64,000 nucleotides of DNA, taken from a virus. The stretch spans positions 1-64,000 of the IMG/VR virus record IMGVR_UViG_3300022744_000026, one strand, 5' to 3'. The notes beneath the pieces were generated by a model. It was given only the letters and a program-made list of their open reading frames with translations, made no database searches and had not been told where the DNA came from. The position numbers were made by a program, and so were the translations under genes. Position 1 is the first letter of the stretch. Every line of letters begins with the position of its first letter. This document shows, one piece after another, positions 47,561-57,349 of this stretch.

Positions 47561-47775
47561 TTCCGCACCACAACCGGCGGAAAGCTGCTACAGTGCGGGC
47601 TGTGCACGGCGAGCTGCACTGGTGCTGAAAGCGGGTACACTGCATCGGTCGACTTTGGTTGACCCGGCGTGACACCCGGAAATTTGGATGTAAACAAGGG
47701 CTGATGCTCTGCGGGTAGGCTTACCAAAGCCTGTGTCACACCTGCTGAGCGTCAGTCCTTTTTTGCTTTTGCACT

Positions 47776-48567
47776 ATGAACAACCTTATCCCTTTTGAGT
47801 TCGACGGCGCTGCCGTGCGTGTTGTGACTGGAGGCGACGGCGAACACCAGTTCGTCGCGTCCGATGTCCTTGGTGTTCTCGCTCTTGACCGCAAAGCGCT
47901 GGAACGCCTGGATGACGATGAGAAGGGTGTGAGTTCAATTCACACCCCTGGTGGCCACCAGCAGATGACCACCATCAACGAGTCCGGCCTCTACAGCCTG
48001 ATCCTCGGCAGCCGCAAGCCCGAAGCCAAGCGGTTCAAGAAGTGGGTCACCAGCGAGGTGCTGCCGGCCATCCGCAAGACCGGCGTCTACGCCACGCCGG
48101 CCGCCGCTGCGCCGACCGGTGATGATCTAAAGCTGTCGCTGCTTGAGTCCGCCGTGCGTCGCGGTCTGGTGAGCGCCCCGGCTGCGGAGATTGCCGCCCT
48201 GCGGATCATTGGCGTGGAGCCCGAGCCTGCGGTGCCAGCCGCCATCCTGCCGAGGATCGAGTCTTCGGACGTTCGTGTGGTGCCGTCTCCGCGCAAGCCG
48301 CGCGCACCGGCCGCGCCGAAGCCGAAGATCCAGCTCACGGCGAGTGTTTACGGCAGGATGCACTGGCCAGATGCGGCGCTGCGCGTTGAGTTGCACCAAG
48401 CGGAGGAGTGGTTGACGCAGAGTGAAAGCACGCTCTTGGCCGCAATGAAGGAGCGTGGCTATCTGGACGGCGAATTCGAGCCGACGCCAAAGGCCAAGAA
48501 TCTGCGCGACAAGTACGGTTGGAAGCTGAGGGCGCTGCTCGGCGCGCTGGGCGTCTCGGCGTACTGA
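47776..48567 (+). CDS. Bro-N domain antirepressor-like protein
   Basis: FVASDV, INESGLYSLILGSRKPEAKRFKKWVTSEVLPAIRKTG. Confidence 0.92.
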   Translation: MNNLIPFEFDGAAVRVVTGGDGEHQFVASDVLGVLALDRKALERLDDDEKGVSSIHTPGGHQQMTTINESGLYSLILGSRKPEAKRFKKWVTSEVLPAIRKTGVYATPAAAAPTGDDLKLSLLESAVRRGLVSAPAAEIAALRIIGVEPEPAVPAAILPRIESSDVRVVPSPRKPRAPAAPKPKIQLTASVYGRMHWPDAALRVELHQAEEWLTQSESTLLAAMKERGYLDGEFEPTPKAKNLRDKYGWKLRALLGALGVSAY

Positions 48568-48602
48568 TGCCGCTAATGCCATCGTGACCCCATCATGGCG
48601 CG

Positions 48603-51600
48603 ATGGCACTCATCCTGTTCCTCAAGGCATCGTCTATTCCGGCTGGCGCGCGCTGGATCAGCGTGCACCCCAATGGCGATGCTGGCCCGGCCCAGCCCAT
48701 CCTGATCCAGCCGCAAGCTGACGGCAGCGCGAAGGTCATCGGCGGCGCAGGTGGCAGCCTCAACCACATGCGCATCCGCGCCGTGCGCAGCGAGGCCGAG
48801 TACAAGGCTGAGGCCGAGAAGTCCCGCGCCGAGAAGACCGCACAGAAGAAGGCGCAGACCCTGGCGGACAAAGCCGCCGGCATCCACGAGTCCAAGAAGA
48901 AGGCGCGCGACGCCGTGACTGCGCAGCGGCGCAAGGCACAGCAGGAGTTCGTGCAGACGGTCGCGGAGGCTGCCGGGTGGAAGCCGGAGCAACTGGCGCC
49001 GCCCGATGTGTCCGGCCTGAGCGAAGGCGCCGCGCGCAAAGCGGTCGACCAGCACCACCGTGAGATTTTCCAGAAGGCCCGGGAGGTCGTTGAGCAGCAG
49101 CGCCAGCGGCTGGTGCACGACTCGGACGCCCGCGCGCAGGCTGGTCTGGGCGAGGTGCCGCTTGAGTCCAGCAAGCCCGAAGACCTGTCCGTGCAGGATC
49201 TGGCGCCGGTGCAGACGGGCAACAGCGGGCTGGGGTTCTCTGCCGAGTACGGCAAGCGCGCCGCGGCGGCCGGGCTGACTGCCGAGGAGAAGTCCGCCGA
49301 GGCCGGCGCTGCCAAGCCGCCGCTCACCGACGAGCAGCGCAAGGCGGCCGTCGAGCGCGGCGAGGCAAAGAAGCTCATCAAGAAGGAGCTTGAGGGCATC
49401 AAGCAGGCCGAGCGGCCCAAGGTGGCTGTCGACCTGATCGACGCGAAGAAGGCGGCCGACCTGCTGCGCGCCGAGAAGAAGATGCAGGCGCTGGAGAAGC
49501 AGGCTCGGCAGGCCACCAAGCAGATTGACGACTCGAAGACCGAGCCCAAGGCGTTTGTTCTGGAGTACACGGCCGACGATGACGTCGACGCGAAGATCAA
49601 GCAGGACATCGATGACGAACTCGCCACGGTAGCGACCACGTCATTTCTCAACGAAGTCGGCAAACTCGCAGACGGCGACCCGCGCGATCGCCTGGGCAAG
49701 CACGTCGGCCACGGCGCCTACAACGCGATCAACGCTGTGTCGCTGGCTGTTGGTGGCGACGCGCTGATCGACCGCTCTGTCGTGGACGTGCTGGGCATTG
49801 ATGCAGCCACGCAGATCCTGGCGCGCCGCGTGCAGCGCGACATGCCCGACCAGGCTGAGCGGATTGCGGAAGGCGTCAAGGCGTTCCATGCTGACACGCA
49901 CGCCGCCACCACGGCCCGCGCGCTGACGCAGGCCGCGCAGCTCACTGATGCCGCGAAGGCGATCGAGCTGCCGGACGGCGAGACGGCCACGGACCTGCAG
50001 ACCGCGCAGGAGTTGAACGCCAAGCGCCGCGCCGCGGTCGGCGACGCGCAGCGCATCCTGGGGCAGGTCTACGGCGAGCAGGAGGCCAATGCGAGCATGG
50101 TGATGGCGCTGAGCCGCAAGGCGCGCGACAAGTTGGATGTGCCGATGGGCAAGGGCAGCATCGAGTCGGCGATCACGCAGGCTCGGGCGCTGGGCCTGCA
50201 GCGCGGCGAGTACACCATCGAGCAGCGCGCCGGCCAGACGTGGCTGACTGTGCACGATACCGGCATGGACCGGCTGGCGAAGCCGATCCAGCGCGCGGAC
50301 GTCGAGCAACTGCGCGACAACCTCGACATCATGTCCGGTGCACATGACGAGGACGGATGGATGCCGAAGGGCGTGGCGGACAGGCCGGACTTGGACTTGA
50401 GGCCTGAGCCTGGCGTGGCGCCGCGGCTGGGGAGTGAGTTCGCCCCCGAGGCTGGAGGCGACATTGAGCAGCACCTGCGCGACTACATCGGCGGGCGGGC
50501 GGCGGATGGGGACACGCCGTCTGACATCCTGGCGGATGTCCAGTCGGCCGAATTCTTCCGCAAGGCTGGCGACACGGCCGCCTACCGGGCAGCGCTGGAT
50601 GCCGTGGCGCCGAACGACAACGGACAGGTGCGCGCGGAGGCCATGGGCCCGGCGTTCGATCGCTATGCCGACGACTTCGTGAAGCGCGAGTATGGCGGCG
50701 CGCGCAGCGCGCTGAACAGCCAGCAGGTGAAGGTTGACGACGTTGCCGGCGAGGCGCTGCACCGCGCCCTGGCCGAGCACCCGGACGGCGTGGCGGCGTT
50801 CAAGGCGATCGGCGACCTGACGAACAAGGACCAGCGCACCCTGCGAGAGTTCTTTCACCGCGAGATTGCGAAAGAGGATCCCGAGGCGGCGGCCACCCGC
50901 CACCAGTTGGAGGCGCATACTGCCGCCGAGCCCGAGCGCGAAACCGAAGACATGTTCGGCGAGCGCACCGAAAACCCCGAGTGGTCGGAGTGGCGCAGCA
51001 AGCGCGACGAGCTGGCGGGAAAGCTAAGCGCCGGCAGCCTGGACTGGGCGAAGTACGCCGACACGCACCGTGGCCATGAGAAAGCCTACGAGTCGATTCA
51101 GGACATCATCCGTGGCCGCGTGAGCGAGGCATTCGCGCGGCACCACAACACGCTGCGGCCCAATGAGCCGGTCAAGGTCGGCCGGTCGGTCATCCGCAAC
51201 AACCTGAACCACCTCGATGCCACGGACCCGGCTGCGCGCGCCGATCGGGAGCGCAAGGAAAGCGAGTTGCGCGACAGCCTGCGCGAGCGCGTGCAGGGCC
51301 GGTACGCGGCCGGCGGCGTCAGCGACAAGCTGGATGCGGCGCGCGACCAGCGCGAGGCATTCGAGCAGGCGCAGATGGGGTTCTTCGGTGGCGACGAGCC
51401 GGCGGCAGGCGCGCAGGCTGGAAAGCTGGCGCCTGACCTGAAGGCCGGCGACGAGCGCCACACCCTAGGACACGCCGCCGAGCGCCAACTCGCCGGCCTG
51501 GTGGCACGCATGGGCGGCAACTTCAAGCCCGGCCAGCCGGTCAAACTGTTCCGCCCCACCATGTCCGGCGGCGACAACTACGCGCGCCAGCGCGCCATCA

Positions 51601-53132
51601 AGCTGATCGAGAAAAACAAGCGCATGGGCCTGCACCTGGGTGCCGGGTCAGGCAAGACCCTGGTGAGCCTGGGTGCGTTCACGCACATGAAGGCACAGGG
51701 CAAGGCCAGCCGCGCGATCTACGCCGTGCCCAGCATCGTGCAGGGGCAGATGGGCGCGGAGGCGCTGCGGTTTCTGGAGCCAGGCAAGTACAACTGGCAC
51801 TGCCAGCCTGGCGCCAGCCGGGATGAGCGGATCGCGGCTTACAAGAATCCTGCGCACGATTTCTGCGTGGTCACGCACCAGTCGCTGCGCGACGACCTGA
51901 TCCACCTTGGTGCTGAGCATGCCGGCATCGAGCCGGACGCCATGCGCGAGAAGCTGGGCACGATGCGCCGCGGCGAGCGCAAGGAGTGGGCCAGCAAGGT
52001 GCTGGAGCATCACGGCATCCACTTCGACTTCTCGGCAGTGGATGAGGGGCACAACCTGCTGGACCGCGCCGGCAAGGCCGACTCTGCGATGTCGGTTGCG
52101 ATCGGCGGGCTGACGGATCACACGCCGTACCACCTCAGCATGACTGCCGACCCGGTGCGCAACAACGACGCCAGCGAAGTGTTTTCTGCCCTGCAGAAGG
52201 TCGCACCAGACCGCTACACCGACCGCGCCGAGTTCATGCGCCGCTACGGCCCGGACACCGTGGCATCGAAGGACGGCCTGCAGCGCGAGATGGCGCGCTA
52301 CTTCTACGCGCACAGCATCACGCCGGACGTGAAGGCCACCAGCCAGGAAATCAAAGTGCCGCTGCACGAGGAGCAGAAGACCGCCATGGCGCAGCTCGAC
52401 CGCGACATCTCGACCATGAGGCTGGCGCGCATGCGCAAGACCGTGGACGTGGAGACCGCCAAGCGGGTGAGCCCGGGTGCGTTCGAGGGCGTGCCAGAGG
52501 ACAAGCACGAGGCCGTCGCCAAGGGGCTGCAGGACTCCATCGGCATCGTGCGCGAGACCGCGACGCAGCGCGTCATCAACGCCCACCCGAAGGCCGAGAA
52601 GATGACCGAGCTGGTCAAGCAGATCAAGGCGCGCCCCGGCAAGGCCGGCGTGGTGTTTGTGCACAGCCTGGAAAGCGTGGAAGCCATCAAGCAGCGGCTC
52701 GAAGGCGAGGGCATGCGCGTGGTGACGATCAGCGGGTCCGACTCCAGCGAGGAGAAGGACCGCAAGCGCAAGATGTTCAGCCCGGACTCAGGCGAGGCGC
52801 AGGCCGATGTGCTGGTGGCGAGCGATGCCGCCAGCACGGGGCTGAATGCGCAGAGGGGGCAGTATCTGGTGCAGTACGACACGCCCGCGACGGCGGTGAC
52901 ACACGCTCAGAGGCGGGCCCGCATCCATCGCACGGGACAGAAGCAAGACATCGACCTCATCGACTTGGTGGCGGACCATCCGTCCGAGCGCAAGGCGCGC
53001 GACCGGCTGGCGAAGAAGTACAGCATGCGGCAGGTGATGACCTCACCCCTGGAGAAGGTGGACGATACCGGCGTGGCTGCGTATCTGAACGCGCGCAAGG
53101 TGCAACAGGACGAGCAGAGCGGGTTGTTTTGA
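48603..53132 (+). CDS. Large polyvalent protein with C-terminal SNF2-like helicase
   Basis: GAGSGKT, VDEGH, MTADP, TGLNAQ, QRRARIHRTGQ. Confidence 0.88.
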   Translation: MALILFLKASSIPAGARWISVHPNGDAGPAQPILIQPQADGSAKVIGGAGGSLNHMRIRAVRSEAEYKAEAEKSRAEKTAQKKAQTLADKAAGIHESKKKARDAVTAQRRKAQQEFVQTVAEAAGWKPEQLAPPDVSGLSEGAARKAVDQHHREIFQKAREVVEQQRQRLVHDSDARAQAGLGEVPLESSKPEDLSVQDLAPVQTGNSGLGFSAEYGKRAAAAGLTAEEKSAEAGAAKPPLTDEQRKAAVERGEAKKLIKKELEGIKQAERPKVAVDLIDAKKAADLLRAEKKMQALEKQARQATKQIDDSKTEPKAFVLEYTADDDVDAKIKQDIDDELATVATTSFLNEVGKLADGDPRDRLGKHVGHGAYNAINAVSLAVGGDALIDRSVVDVLGIDAATQILARRVQRDMPDQAERIAEGVKAFHADTHAATTARALTQAAQLTDAAKAIELPDGETATDLQTAQELNAKRRAAVGDAQRILGQVYGEQEANASMVMALSRKARDKLDVPMGKGSIESAITQARALGLQRGEYTIEQRAGQTWLTVHDTGMDRLAKPIQRADVEQLRDNLDIMSGAHDEDGWMPKGVADRPDLDLRPEPGVAPRLGSEFAPEAGGDIEQHLRDYIGGRAADGDTPSDILADVQSAEFFRKAGDTAAYRAALDAVAPNDNGQVRAEAMGPAFDRYADDFVKREYGGARSALNSQQVKVDDVAGEALHRALAEHPDGVAAFKAIGDLTNKDQRTLREFFHREIAKEDPEAAATRHQLEAHTAAEPERETEDMFGERTENPEWSEWRSKRDELAGKLSAGSLDWAKYADTHRGHEKAYESIQDIIRGRVSEAFARHHNTLRPNEPVKVGRSVIRNNLNHLDATDPAARADRERKESELRDSLRERVQGRYAAGGVSDKLDAARDQREAFEQAQMGFFGGDEPAAGAQAGKLAPDLKAGDERHTLGHAAERQLAGLVARMGGNFKPGQPVKLFRPTMSGGDNYARQRAIKLIEKNKRMGLHLGAGSGKTLVSLGAFTHMKAQGKASRAIYAVPSIVQGQMGAEALRFLEPGKYNWHCQPGASRDERIAAYKNPAHDFCVVTHQSLRDDLIHLGAEHAGIEPDAMREKLGTMRRGERKEWASKVLEHHGIHFDFSAVDEGHNLLDRAGKADSAMSVAIGGLTDHTPYHLSMTADPVRNNDASEVFSALQKVAPDRYTDRAEFMRRYGPDTVASKDGLQREMARYFYAHSITPDVKATSQEIKVPLHEEQKTAMAQLDRDISTMRLARMRKTVDVETAKRVSPGAFEGVPEDKHEAVAKGLQDSIGIVRETATQRVINAHPKAEKMTELVKQIKARPGKAGVVFVHSLESVEAIKQRLEGEGMRVVTISGSDSSEEKDRKRKMFSPDSGEAQADVLVASDAASTGLNAQRGQYLVQYDTPATAVTHAQRRARIHRTGQKQDIDLIDLVADHPSERKARDRLAKKYSMRQVMTSPLEKVDDTGVAAYLNARKVQQDEQSGLF

Positions 53133-53146
53133 GCTAAATTGCGACC

Positions 53147-53401
53147 ATGACCCACCCACGCCAACACCTAGCCGACCTCGCCGCCCTGTCCCACAAGACC
53201 GAGCAGGCCGAGCGCAACATCCTGGCGCGCGCCGAGTCGGCGCTTGCGCGGTGCCAGTCCGACATTGACCGGCTGCGGCCGGCTGCGCTGGTGCCTGGCG
53301 CCAGCGAGGCGATGGAGTATCAGCAGGCGGTGATGGACCGCGGGCGGCTGCAGGTGGTGATTGCGCAGGCGAGGAAGCTGCTGGAGAAGGCGAATGGCTG
53401 A
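53147..53401 (+). CDS. Hypothetical coiled-coil protein
   Basis: TAAATT-N6-ATG. Confidence 0.55.
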   Translation: MTHPRQHLADLAALSHKTEQAERNILARAESALARCQSDIDRLRPAALVPGASEAMEYQQAVMDRGRLQVVIAQARKLLEKANG

Positions 53402-53651
53402 TCGGTGCACGCGGTGTGGCGGGGAGATGAGGCCGGGTGTCGCCATGGGGCAGACGTACACGGGGTCGGCTGACTTCGCTGGCGGCGAGGTGGTGACGAT
53501 GTCGCCGGGTGGGCCTGGGCGGCTGGTGGCGTGCCTGAAGTGTGTGGGTTGCGGGCACTCGGTGTCGGCGCCCGCTGGGATGGTCAAGTCGGGGCCGGCG
53601 GGGTGCTGGGATGCGCCTGAGCTGGGGGCAGGGCGCTGGAGCGCCGAGTAA
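53394..53651 (+). CDS. Zn-ribbon protein
   Basis: CTRCGGEMRPG...KCVGCGHS. Confidence 0.6.
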   Translation: MADRCTRCGGEMRPGVAMGQTYTGSADFAGGEVVTMSPGGPGRLVACLKCVGCGHSVSAPAGMVKSGPAGCWDAPELGAGRWSAE

Positions 53652-53684
53652 CCGCCCCTGCGTCGTGACCGCACATTTGCGGTC

Positions 53685-54608
53685 ATGCACGATGCATCCA
53701 GCCTGCCCGACTTCATCAGCATCTCGGGCTTGTTCAAGGCGATGCCCCAGTCCGAGGGTGGGCAGCGCTTCGTGTACTTCGAGGCATCGAACGAAGGTCT
53801 GGACCAGCAGAACGAGATCGTGAGTGCGAAAGCGCTGGGTGAGTCGAAAGACTACTACCTCCGCTACGGCAACATTGACATAGATCATTTGACCCTGACC
53901 GGCCGCCCGAACCCGGCGAAGGGCTATCCCGGCATCCCGGACTACATGAGCTACGAGATTGGCGTGCCCGTTGAGGTGCGCCAGTCCGGCAAGACGACGT
54001 TCGTCAAGAGCCAGATCAAGTCCGGCGAGGGCCCTGCGGCCGAGAAGGCGAACCAGTTCTGGAACAGCCTGATGACGAACCCGCCGACCCGCTGGTATCC
54101 CAGTGTCGGCGGCGCCATCGACCCCGAAGGGCGGATTGTCGAACTGGACCCGGCCACCGGCGCCAAGAAGGTGATCATCACCAAGGTGCGCTGGACGAAC
54201 ATCGGCGTGAGCCTCACGCCCGTCAACCAGCATGTCCCCGGCTGCGCCACGGTGCCGATCGGCGCCTTCGCCAAGTGCCACACGCCTGGTGGCGGATTAG
54301 ACCTGACCAAGGCCCTGACCGCCGGCTACGGCTCCGATTCCGCCACCCTCACCGGCGGCGCAGCCCTGCGCATGCAGTCGCTCGACGGCGCCGTGCGCGA
54401 CACCACCGTGCCCACGCCCCAATACTGGACATGGCGCGACAAGATGGCCGGCGCCATTCGTGACGGCAGCATTCGCATACCGAACGCTGAGGGCTTGATT
54501 GCCCACAGCGCCACTACCTACGGCATGCCCCTGTCCGATGCCGCGGAATACGTGGAGCGCTTTTTGCGCGACCTGAAACACGGACTATCTCGACGGAGAA
54601 ACGCATGA
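53685..54608 (+). CDS. Prohead maturation protease
   Basis: ASNEGLDQQNEIV, NIDIDH, PSVGG, LTPVN; directly upstream of scaffold and capsid genes. Confidence 0.8.
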   Translation: MHDASSLPDFISISGLFKAMPQSEGGQRFVYFEASNEGLDQQNEIVSAKALGESKDYYLRYGNIDIDHLTLTGRPNPAKGYPGIPDYMSYEIGVPVEVRQSGKTTFVKSQIKSGEGPAAEKANQFWNSLMTNPPTRWYPSVGGAIDPEGRIVELDPATGAKKVIITKVRWTNIGVSLTPVNQHVPGCATVPIGAFAKCHTPGGGLDLTKALTAGYGSDSATLTGGAALRMQSLDGAVRDTTVPTPQYWTWRDKMAGAIRDGSIRIPNAEGLIAHSATTYGMPLSDAAEYVERFLRDLKHGLSRRRNA

Positions 54609-55261
54609 GCGGCAACTTTGACGCCCTTCTGGCCGAACTGAATGACGAAGTGGCTGGCATGGCCAAGGCGATGCCGGCTGGTGACGATCTGGACGACGAG
54701 GACGAAGACAGCAACACCGTCGACACGGCCGACACCGACAAGAAGGTGATGGCTGCTGGTGACGGCGACGCCGACGACGCTGGCGGCGATCCCGATGGCG
54801 ACGAAGACGACAAGCCGATGATGGGCAAGAGCATGACCGTCGAAATCGACGGCAAGCAAGTCGAAGCCATCGACGGCACCGAACTGGTGAAGTCGCTGAT
54901 GGGCCAGGTCGAGCAGTTGGGCGGCAAGCTCGGCGCTACCGAAGCCAGCCTCGCCAAGGCTCTGTCGGACACGCTGGCCGTGGTGAAGGGCCAGGGCGCC
55001 GTCATCAAGTCGCTGCAGGAGACCGTCACCAAGCTGGCCGCTGCCGGCCGTGGCCGCAAGTCGGTCGTCACCGTCGCCGACCCGGCGCCGATGGCGAAGT
55101 CGGCCGGCGCCGCCGCCCCGCTGCAGGGCCGTGAACTCATGGCCAAGGCCCTTGCTGCACAGCAGGCCGGACGCCTGACCGGATTGGACGTCGCCCGCGT
55201 CGAGTCTGCAATCAACCAGGGCGCGCCGGCTCCTGCCGACGTTCTTTCTCGCATCAACTGA
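54605..55261 (+). CDS. Scaffold protein
   Basis: Acidic N-half, coiled coil, many K-A/K-S sites; lies between protease and capsid genes. Confidence 0.7.
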   Translation: MSGNFDALLAELNDEVAGMAKAMPAGDDLDDEDEDSNTVDTADTDKKVMAAGDGDADDAGGDPDGDEDDKPMMGKSMTVEIDGKQVEAIDGTELVKSLMGQVEQLGGKLGATEASLAKALSDTLAVVKGQGAVIKSLQETVTKLAAAGRGRKSVVTVADPAPMAKSAGAAAPLQGRELMAKALAAQQAGRLTGLDVARVESAINQGAPAPADVLSRIN

Positions 55262-55273
55262 CCAGGAGGCCCC

Positions 55274-56734
55274 ATGGCACTCGAAGACATTGTGAACAGC
55301 TCTGTGCCCGGCGGCTCGACCGTGATGGGCGAGATGGGCGACGCTGACCTGCAGGCGCTGCACAAGGCGCTGACGGCCGGCTACGGTTCGGACACCAACG
55401 GCCTGACGGGTGGCTCTGCCTTCCGCATCCAGTCGCTGGACACCACGCTCAAGGCGACGGTGCAGGACAACAGCCACTTCGCGCTGTTCAATGCCCTGAG
55501 CAAGCCGCGTGCGACCGCGGTGGTCGATGAATGGACCGAACAGGATTCCATCGGCGGCTTCCTGGGCGGCACGTTCAACGATCAGGACGGTACGGCGCAG
55601 GAAACGAATGGTTCCTACACCCGCCGGACCGCGAACGTGAAGTACCTGATGACGTACCGCAAGGTGCCCATCGTGCTGCAGCAGCAGAGCAACATCACCG
55701 ACGTGGTCGCCATCGAGACGGTCAACGGCACCAAGCAGCTCCTGACCGACATCGAGCACGGCCTGTTCGAGGGCGATTCGTCCATCCTGCCGAAGTCGTT
55801 CGACGGCATCTATGCGCAGATGGCCGGCTTCAATGGTGGCGCGAACATCTTCGACATGGCTGGCCAGCCGCTGAACACCATCGACCCGATCAGCCGCGCT
55901 GCTGAACAGGTCTTCGGCTACGGCTCGTTTGGCAAGCTGACCCACCTGTACCTGCCGCCGGCCATCCAGTCGGACCTGAATGCAGGCCTGGACCCCGCCT
56001 TCCGCGTCGCGCTGGACAACAGCCCGAACAGCGTGATGCTGGGCACCCACGTGTCGGGCATCCGCACCAGCTATGGCAACATCGCCACCACGACGGACGT
56101 TTTCGTGCGCGACGAGCGCATGAAGAAGCCCTTCGAAGTGCGCAATGCGACCCACCTGGCTGTGTCGGCTGCGAACATCGCGTTCAAGCCTGCCTCGTTC
56201 ACGGCTGTGGCTGGCGTCGGCGCCAGTGATTCCGCCTGGGGTTCGACCCATGCCGGCAACTACTTCTACGCCGTGACCGGCATCAACCACAACGGCGAGA
56301 CCGCCGCTCTGGTGTCGGCCAGCGTGACCGTGGCGGCCACCCAGCAGGTGACCATCACCATCACGCAGTCGGCCAGCGGCACGGAAACCGGCTACGTCAT
56401 CTACCGCAGCCGCAAGAACGGCACCAGCGCACTGACCGACCTGCGCGAGATGACCAAGGTCGCCAAGGCCGGCGCCACCACCACGTTCATCGACAAGAAT
56501 CGCGTGATCCCGGGCTCGACCCGCGCCTACGCGCTGAACCTGTCGCCGAGCGATGGCAGCATCGACTGGAAGCAGTACCTGCCGATGATGAAGATCCCGA
56601 TGGCCGCGGTGCAGTCGCCGATCATCCCGTGGCTGCAGATGATCTGTGGCTACATGCGCGTGACCAAGCGCGCGCACCATGTTGTCTTCGACAACGTCGT
56701 GCCCAGCGGCGCGAGCTGGAAGCCGTTCGTCTAA
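55274..56734 (+). CDS. Major capsid protein (SPO1/Twort-like type, with FN3-like insertion)
   Basis: KALTAGYG...GSAFRIQSLD, IEHGLFEGDS, FDGI. Confidence 0.88.
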   Translation: MALEDIVNSSVPGGSTVMGEMGDADLQALHKALTAGYGSDTNGLTGGSAFRIQSLDTTLKATVQDNSHFALFNALSKPRATAVVDEWTEQDSIGGFLGGTFNDQDGTAQETNGSYTRRTANVKYLMTYRKVPIVLQQQSNITDVVAIETVNGTKQLLTDIEHGLFEGDSSILPKSFDGIYAQMAGFNGGANIFDMAGQPLNTIDPISRAAEQVFGYGSFGKLTHLYLPPAIQSDLNAGLDPAFRVALDNSPNSVMLGTHVSGIRTSYGNIATTTDVFVRDERMKKPFEVRNATHLAVSAANIAFKPASFTAVAGVGASDSAWGSTHAGNYFYAVTGINHNGETAALVSASVTVAATQQVTITITQSASGTETGYVIYRSRKNGTSALTDLREMTKVAKAGATTTFIDKNRVIPGSTRAYALNLSPSDGSIDWKQYLPMMKIPMAAVQSPIIPWLQMICGYMRVTKRAHHVVFDNVVPSGASWKPFV

Positions 56735-56813
56735 GACGGCGGCGTCAGGGGTGACCCTGTCCTGACATGGCGGGGCCCTAGCGGCCCCGCTTCACCGATC
56801 ACCGGAGACTGAA

Positions 56814-57113
56814 ATGCGCCTTGTCTGCACCATCCCCACCGCCACCAGCCCGATCAACGGCCACGACTTCGACGGCCAGCCCGGCAACTTGGTGTCGGTC
56901 AACGACATCCCCGATGAAGAAGCCGCGATCTTCCTGACCGTGCCCGGTTACTTCGAGTTCGGCGCCGAGCCGGCCAGTGCCGCCCAGCAGGATGACACCG
57001 CCACGATTGACGCCCTGCGCGGCGAGTTGTCGTCATATGGTGTCGAGCCCAAGAGCACCTGGCGCGCCGCCCGCCTGCAGGCCGAGATCGCCAAGGCCAA
57101 GGCCAGCGCCTGA
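56814..57113 (+). CDS. Small head-associated protein with HeH-like C-terminus
   Basis: GGAG SD; LRGELSSYGVEP...W...RLQAEI. Confidence 0.6.
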   Translation: MRLVCTIPTATSPINGHDFDGQPGNLVSVNDIPDEEAAIFLTVPGYFEFGAEPASAAQQDDTATIDALRGELSSYGVEPKSTWRAARLQAEIAKAKASA

Positions 57114-57169
57114 CCTCGCCTGGCGGCGTCGTGACCCGACACTAAGGTCTACCGACCAAAGGAGCCGCA

Positions 57170-57349
57170 ATGGCGCTTGCCGAAGGCCAACGGGTGCGCC
57201 TTGTCGCACCCGTGATCGAGGGGCCGATCCTCGACACCCGCTACAACAAAGATGCCGGCGAGCTGGAGCATCTGGTGTCGTTCACGGCGCCCGATGGCGA
57301 TGCCGCCGAGCGGTGGTTTCTGCAGTCCCAACTGGAGCCCACCGAATGA
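57170..57349 (+). CDS. Small hypothetical protein (absent from the ORF track)
   Basis: AAGGAG SD, late motif upstream, MALAEGQRVRLVAPVIEG...RWF, ATGA overlap with the next gene. Confidence 0.6.
   Translation: MALAEGQRVRLVAPVIEGPILDTRYNKDAGELEHLVSFTAPDGDAAERWFLQSQLEPTE

Noticed and set aside
27830-47673. Other CGTGAC hexamers near gene boundaries (about 27830, 45075, 47668)
   Set aside because: Lack the downstream ANNNT element at the fixed spacing, so not counted as late motifs
25720-56680. Long minus-strand ORFs such as 25720-27321, 30093-31253 and 54518-56680
   Set aside because: Mirror frames of terL, portal and capsid genes with no motifs
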